Assembly (NCBI GenBank): GCA_046349085.1
Contig: JAXMDA010000007.1
Coordinates: forward strand, 163,131-227,130
Direction of reading: 5' to 3'
Length of the DNA: 64,000 bases
DNA from: Rhodoblastus sp.
GTDB taxonomy: Bacteria; Pseudomonadota; Alphaproteobacteria; Rhizobiales; Beijerinckiaceae
Part shown: piece after piece, positions 59,108-64,000 of the stretch
Layout: every line of letters begins with the position of its first letter
How positions within the stretch are numbered: the stretch's first letter is position 1
Notes under the pieces: model-generated
Databases searched by the model: none
What the model was told of the DNA's origin: nothing
Seen by the model: only the letters and a program-made list of their open reading frames with translations
Made by a program: the position numbers and the translations under genes

Positions 59108-60334
59108 ATGACCGGCGCCCTCCGCCGCATTCGTGACGCAGACTGGCTCGACGCCCGGCGCGCCGTCGCCTATCCGCGCGTGCTCGGCGCGGTCACGCTG
59201 CTCGCGCTGCTCGCCATGCTGCTGACGGCCAATGGCGTCGTCGATTCCCGCGGCGAACCGCTCGGCGCGGATTTCTCGAATTTCTGGTCGGCGTCGCAAC
59301 TGGCGCTGCGGGGCGAACCCGCCGCCGTCTACGACATGGCCCGCCAATATGCGGTCCAGCAAGAGGCGTTCGGCGCGCAGACCGGCTTCTACCCGTTCTT
59401 CTACCCGCCGACCTATCTGCTGATCTGCTGGCCGCTGGCGGCTGCGCCCTATCTGGCCGCGCTGGCGATCTGGCTGGCCGTCGCCGGATACGCCTATCAG
59501 GCGGTCATCCGCCGCATCGGCGGGGCAAAGATCGGCCTTGTTCCCATCCTCGCCTTTCCTGCCGTCTTCGTCGCTGTCGGCCACGGCCAGAACGCGCTGC
59601 TGACGACGGCGATTCTCGGCGCGGCGGCGCTCGGCCTGGATCGTCGTCCGATCTGCGCCGGCGCGTTGCTGGGGCTGCTCGCCTTCAAGCCGCATCTTGC
59701 CGTCGTCGCGCCTGTCGCGCTGCTGGCGGCGGGACGCTGGCGCGCGCTGGCGGCGGCTGTCGTCACGGCCTGCGCGCTGGCGCTTCTCTCGCTCGCCGCC
59801 TTCGGTCTCGACTCCTGGAAGGCGTTCCTTGCCGCGGCGCCGGCTGCGAAAGCCGTGCTCGACGACAAGATGATGGAGGTCGAGAAACTGCAGAGCGTCT
59901 TCGGCGCTGCGCGCCTGCTCGGCGCCGGCGCCGATCTCGCGTATGTCGCACAAGCCGCCGTCGCGCTGCCGGTTGTCGGCATTTTGCTTCTTCTCGCGCG
60001 AAACAAAACGCTGTCGGGCGAGGCCACAGGCGCGCTGGTCGCCACCGCCTCGGCGCTGACCAGCCCGTACTTCCTTGACTACGACCTCGCGCTTCTGGCG
60101 ATCCCGCTCGCATGGGCGACGGCGCAAGGACTGAAGGGCGGCTTCCTGCCCTGGGAGAAATCGGTCCTCGTATTCGCCTTCGCGCTCCCGGCCTTCTCGC
60201 GCGTCATCGCCTTTGCTTTCGGCGTTCCGCTTGGGCCGCTGGCGGTGGGGCTGCTGTTCTGGTGCGTGGCGCGCCGCGCGGCAATGACGTCGACTGAAGC
60301 CGACGTCGGCAATATCAGGCCGGTCTGCGCCTAG
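59108..60334 (+). CDS. Integral membrane glycosyltransferase family 87 / DUF2029-like protein
   Basis: About 10 TM segments. DFSNFWSAS...YPPTYLL is typical of DUF2029/GT87 proteins. Confidence 0.68.
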   Translation: MTGALRRIRDADWLDARRAVAYPRVLGAVTLLALLAMLLTANGVVDSRGEPLGADFSNFWSASQLALRGEPAAVYDMARQYAVQQEAFGAQTGFYPFFYPPTYLLICWPLAAAPYLAALAIWLAVAGYAYQAVIRRIGGAKIGLVPILAFPAVFVAVGHGQNALLTTAILGAAALGLDRRPICAGALLGLLAFKPHLAVVAPVALLAAGRWRALAAAVVTACALALLSLAAFGLDSWKAFLAAAPAAKAVLDDKMMEVEKLQSVFGAARLLGAGADLAYVAQAAVALPVVGILLLLARNKTLSGEATGALVATASALTSPYFLDYDLALLAIPLAWATAQGLKGGFLPWEKSVLVFAFALPAFSRVIAFAFGVPLGPLAVGLLFWCVARRAAMTSTEADVGNIRPVCA

Positions 60335-60996
60335 GCGCGCGGCTCGTCGGCCTTTTCCAGCGCCTTGCCGATCGCGCGCTTCAGCACGTCGGCCGGCTGC
60401 GCGCCCGGCAGGGCGAACTTGCCGTCGAGGATGAAGAAGGGAACGCCGGTCACGCCGATGTGTTGCGCAGACGCGATCTCTTCGCGCACGCTCTCCTTGT
60501 CGGCGTCGCCGGCGAGCAGATCGGCGACGATTTTCGGATCCATCCCGCAATCGCGCGCGGCTTCGATCAGCACGGCGCGGTCGCCGATGTCTTTTCCGGC
60601 GATGAAGAAATCGTGGAACAGCCGCTCGACCACCGCATCCTGCGCGCCTGCCGACGCCGCCCAGCGGATGAGGCGATGCGCGTCGAGCGTGTTGGGCGAG
60701 CGCTCGATCGCCTCGAAGGCGAAGTCGAGCCCCGCCGCGTCCCCGGCCTGCTTCAGGCGCTGGTGGATTTCGTCGATGCGCGAACCGAACTTGCGCTGCA
60801 TGTAGGCGCGCCGGTCGAGGCCTTCGGCGGGAATGGTCGGATCGAGCTGATAGGGCCGCCAGCGCACGTCCGCGTCGAGGTCGGGCAGGCCGGCGAGCGC
60901 GGCCTCGAGATTGCGCTTGCCGATGTAGCACCACGGACAGACGGCGTCGGACACGATGTCGATGGCGATGCGGCGGCGCTGCGTTTCGTCGGTCAT
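60331..60996 (-). CDS. DsbA-family oxidoreductase (FrnE / HCCA isomerase-like)
   Basis: Internal ATG at 60996. DIVSDAVCPWCYIGK CxxC motif. GVTGVPFFI. Confidence 0.85.
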   Translation of the reverse strand: MTDETQRRRIAIDIVSDAVCPWCYIGKRNLEAALAGLPDLDADVRWRPYQLDPTIPAEGLDRRAYMQRKFGSRIDEIHQRLKQAGDAAGLDFAFEAIERSPNTLDAHRLIRWAASAGAQDAVVERLFHDFFIAGKDIGDRAVLIEAARDCGMDPKIVADLLAGDADKESVREEIASAQHIGVTGVPFFILDGKFALPGAQPADVLKRAIGKALEKADEPRA

Positions 60997-61010
60997 GTTT
61001 CCCTCCGCCT

Positions 61011-61094
61011 CTGTCATCCCGCGTAGCGGAGCGCCGGATGCCGGCCTATGCGTGTCGGGGTCCCGGATCGGCCTTCGGCCGTCCGGAATGACAG
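61011..61094. repeat. Structured intergenic repeat with terminal inverted arms CTGTCATCCCG ... CCGGAATGACAG (family 3)
   Basis: Read directly. It contains the internal hairpin GGCCTTCGGCC. Only one copy in this window. Confidence 0.55.
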
Positions 61095-61137
61095 TTCATG
61101 TCTCTTTGTCGGACAATGTGCCGCCGAACCCGCCGTT

Positions 61138-62166
61138 TCAAGCGCCGGAAAGGGAAATCGTGATCCGGCCCTCGCCGTCGCTCGCAAGCAGCGCGACCGG
61201 GCACGCGGCGCCGATCGCGGGCTGCGGCGCCGCCCCGTCGCGCGTCGAAAGCGACAGGCTTTCGAGCCGCGCCGGCGCAATCAGTCCGGCCGCGGCGAGA
61301 TCGGCGGCGACGGCTTCCGGCGCGATCAGGTGACAGGGGCCGGCCGCCTCCAGCGTCGCGACGAAGCTCTCCGCCTCGAACGGCCCGAACCAGGTGAGCG
61401 GCGCGCCGACCAGAAGCGCGGCGACTGGGCCGGTGGCGAGCCCGGCGAGGCTGGCGGGCGACAGCGTCGAGAGAATTGGCCGTTCGGCGTTGAGCCGAAG
61501 GCGCGACGCGAAATTGAGGGCGATGGCGACGATCTCGGATTGCGAGACGAAAATTGCGCGCGGCGCCTTCTGCTCGGGCGCCAGCACGAGGCCGATGCGC
61601 GGCGGCGCGGCAGGCTTTGCGCCGAATGCATCCGCGGCGACCGGATCGCGCAACCCCGCAGGCGAAAAATCGACGGCCCCGTCGCATTCGCCGGGTCCGA
61701 GCGAGCCGAGCAGCCGCACGCCCGGCGCCGTGGCGGCAATTTCGAGCATGGCCTTTTCGGCGTCGAACGCGCCGAAGCGCGTCGGGCCGATCACGGCGGC
61801 CGCGCCCGTCGATTGCGCCAGAAACGCCAGCGTGGCCGGCGAAAGATGCGGCGGCGCGACGACAGGTTCGAGGCCCGCGCCGATCGCGCCGAGGATCGCC
61901 ACCGCGACGCTGATGCGCGCGGCGCCGAGGATCAGCACGCGCTCGCCCGGAAGCAATCCGCAGGCGCGCGCATGGGCGCTGAAGGCCAGCGTCAGCCGGT
62001 CGAACTCGCCGTAAGTCGCCGGCGTGGGCGACGCGCCGGGTCCCGTCTCGAGGATTGCGACGCGATCTGCGCGCAGGCGCGCCGCGCCGCGCGCCACCGT
62101 ATCGAGCCCGAACGCCGCCAGCGGATGGTCGCTGCCGATGTGCATCGCGTCGGGCGCAGCGCTCAT
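61138..62166 (-). CDS. ANL (acyl-CoA synthetase/adenylation) N-terminal-domain-like protein apparently lacking the catalytic motifs (343 aa)
   Basis: Internal ATG at 62166 overlaps the stop of the upstream binding-protein gene (ATGA). TYGEFDRLTLAFSAHARACGLLPGERVLIL...AILGAIGAGLEPVV resembles the ANL substrate-recognition N-terminus. I find no T/S-G-T-T-G-x-P-K-G P-loop. Confidence 0.55.
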   Translation of the reverse strand: MSAAPDAMHIGSDHPLAAFGLDTVARGAARLRADRVAILETGPGASPTPATYGEFDRLTLAFSAHARACGLLPGERVLILGAARISVAVAILGAIGAGLEPVVAPPHLSPATLAFLAQSTGAAAVIGPTRFGAFDAEKAMLEIAATAPGVRLLGSLGPGECDGAVDFSPAGLRDPVAADAFGAKPAAPPRIGLVLAPEQKAPRAIFVSQSEIVAIALNFASRLRLNAERPILSTLSPASLAGLATGPVAALLVGAPLTWFGPFEAESFVATLEAAGPCHLIAPEAVAADLAAAGLIAPARLESLSLSTRDGAAPQPAIGAACPVALLASDGEGRITISLSGA

Positions 62167-64000
62167 GCGTACACGCTCCACCAGGTGTCGAGCGTCGCGG
62201 CGAACAGCGGCGCGGCCCAGCGCGGCAGCCTTTCGGGACGTTCGATTCTCGTCCAGTGCGCGTCCCACTGATAGACCGTGTGAAACAGGGGCACGATGTA
62301 GAAGCCCGACAGCAGCACGCGATCGTAGGCGCGTACGGCGGTGACGAATTCTTCGCGCGTATGGGCGGCGAGCATGGCGGCGATCAGCGCGTCGATTGCC
62401 GGCGACGAGGCGCCGGAGAGATTGAAGGAGGCTTCCTGCGAGGCGCTGGCCGAGCCCCAGCGCATGCGCTGTTCGTTGCCGGGGGAGGCGGAGGCGACCC
62501 ATGTGCCGAGCATCATGTCGAAATCGAAGCGTTGCCGCCGTCGCTGGTATTGCACCTCGTCCACGGTGCGCACGCGCGCGTTGACGCCGATGCGCCGCAG
62601 CGACGAGGCGTAGTTGAGCGCAAGCCGCTCCTGGTTGCGGTCGGCGACCATGATCTCGAACTCGAAATCCTCGTCGCCCTTCTCCAGCACGCCGCGATTG
62701 AGCTTCCAGCCGGCCTGGGCAAGCAGGTCGAGCGCCGTGCGCGCCTGATTGCGGTCGCGGCCGGACCCGTCGGCGACATAGGGGCGCCAACGCCCTTCCA
62801 TGATGTCGGCGCGGACGGCGCCGCCATAAGGCGCAAGCAGCGCGCGCTCCTCCGCGCTTGCAGGCTTTCCCGTCGAGGCGAGGTCGGAATTGTCGAAATA
62901 GCTGATCGTGCGCGTGTAGAGATCGTCGAACAGATTGTGATTGACCCATTCGAAGTCGAACATGATCGCGAGCGCCTCGCGCACCCGCACGTCCTTGAAC
63001 AACGGACGGCGCGTATTGAAGGCGAAGCCTTCCATGCCGCGCGGCGTGCCGACGCGCAGTTCTTCCTTCTTCACGCGGCCGTCGCGCACGGCCGGGAAAT
63101 TGTAGCCGGTCTTCCAGCGGGTCGGATTGCCTTCGATGCGATAGTCGACGAGTCCCGCCTTGAAGCTCTCGAACATCGAGTTGGCGTCGCGGTAATAGCT
63201 GATGACGATCTCGTCGAAATTATACAGGCCGCGGCAGGCCGGGAGGTCGCGGCCCCAATAATCGGGGTTGCGCCTGAGCATGACTTCCTCGCCGGCCTTG
63301 ATCGACGCGATGCTGTAAGGCCCGGAGCCGACGGGAACGGCAAGCGAGGAATCCGGGAAGCGCTCGACGTCCGTCTTGTGTCGCGGCAGGACCGGCATGA
63401 GGGCGAGCGTCAGCGGCAATTCGCGGTCGTTGGCGCCCGTCAGGTCGTAGCGCACCGTCCAGTCGTCGACTGCGACGATGGACCGCACGAGGCCGTAGGC
63501 GATGCGCTGCTGCGGCCGCCCGCGCGTCTTCAGGAGATCGAAGGTGAAGAGAATGTCGGCCGCGGTGATCGGCGTGCCGTCGGAGAATTGCGCGCGGCGG
63601 TCGAGACGGAACGTAACGTAGCTGCGATCCTCGTCGGTCTCGATGGACTGGGCGATCAGGCCATAGAGCGTGAAGGGCTCGTCGAGCGAGCGCGTCATCA
63701 GCGTCTGAAAGACGTTTCCGCTCAGCCCCTGCGCCGCCGAGCCCGCGCGCAGGTTGAACGGATTGAGGCCGTCGAACGTGCCCTGAAAGGCGATGGACAG
63801 GCGCCCGCCCTTGCGCGCCGAAGGGTTCACATAGGGGAAATGCGGGAAGTCCGCAGGCAGCGCGGGCGCGCCATGCATCGCTATGCCATGCGAGATCCGA
63901 CCTTTGTCCTCGGCCTGCGCGCCGCGCGCCAGGACCGCCGGCGCGGCGACCAGCGCGCCGATCGCGGCGCGCCGCGACAGGCCGGCGGCCGGCCGAATCG
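62163..64000 (-). CDS. ABC transporter substrate-binding protein, family 5, YejA-like (5' end beyond the right edge)
   Basis: The frame stays open upstream of the listed Met at 63878. Hand translation of 63879-64000 gives ...SRRAAIGALVAAPAVLARGAQAEDKGRISHGIAMHGAPALP, a Tat/Sec-like signal. FPYVNPSARKGG and the body are YejA-like. Confidence 0.8.
   Translation of the reverse strand, partial: IRPAAGLSRRAAIGALVAAPAVLARGAQAEDKGRISHGIAMHGAPALPADFPHFPYVNPSARKGGRLSIAFQGTFDGLNPFNLRAGSAAQGLSGNVFQTLMTRSLDEPFTLYGLIAQSIETDEDRSYVTFRLDRRAQFSDGTPITAADILFTFDLLKTRGRPQQRIAYGLVRSIVAVDDWTVRYDLTGANDRELPLTLALMPVLPRHKTDVERFPDSSLAVPVGSGPYSIASIKAGEEVMLRRNPDYWGRDLPACRGLYNFDEIVISYYRDANSMFESFKAGLVDYRIEGNPTRWKTGYNFPAVRDGRVKKEELRVGTPRGMEGFAFNTRRPLFKDVRVREALAIMFDFEWVNHNLFDDLYTRTISYFDNSDLASTGKPASAEERALLAPYGGAVRADIMEGRWRPYVADGSGRDRNQARTALDLLAQAGWKLNRGVLEKGDEDFEFEIMVADRNQERLALNYASSLRRIGVNARVRTVDEVQYQRRRQRFDFDMMLGTWVASASPGNEQRMRWGSASASQEASFNLSGASSPAIDALIAAMLAAHTREEFVTAVRAYDRVLLSGFYIVPLFHTVYQWDAHWTRIERPERLPRWAAPLFAATLDTWWSVYA

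Noticed and set aside
60331-60334. Convergent GT87 and DsbA-like genes sharing the tetranucleotide CTAG as overlapping stop codons
   Set aside because: It is real in the sequence, but it is a trivial consequence of tight packing and I infer no functional implication.

Overview
High-GC (roughly two-thirds G+C by eye) chromosomal segment. Gene content and intergenic repeat families look alphaproteobacterial, Hyphomicrobiales/Rhizobiales-like; that taxon call is inference. I support about 58 protein-coding genes, densely packed on both strands. I found no rRNA, tRNA, CRISPR array, transposase, integrase or phage gene. Content is mostly core metabolism and envelope functions: class II DAHP synthase, gltX, cysS, cimA, psd, nadE, glmU, glmS, opgG/D-opgH, cueR-copA, an Atm1-type exporter, an RND pump pair, a stand-alone ccoG, and a coxG-S-L-M cluster whose large subunit carries the form II AYRGAGR motif, followed by a LuxR-type response regulator, a hybrid kinase and a FIST protein. 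Many long ORFs in the supplied track are antisense or out-of-frame shadows typical of high-GC DNA and were not called. Several starts were moved to internal ATG/GTG/TTG codons, checked by hand against the sequence. I do not see an unambiguous novel multi-gene system such as a defence island, biosynthetic cluster or mobile element. The best leads are: (1) an orphan FeeM/LuxI-like N-acyl synthase with a repeat-bearing intergenic region and two uncharacterised neighbours, one with two AT-hooks; (2) a secreted protein made of nine 14-residue PEG-containing repeats, encoded by near-identical 84-bp tandem units; (3) a sharp ~0.5 kb low-GC block inside cysS; (4) the form II CODH-like cluster with its adjacent FIST/kinase/regulator module; (5) an ANL-like protein that appears to lack catalytic motifs, translationally coupled to a YejA-like binding protein; (6) two or three families of structured intergenic repeats.
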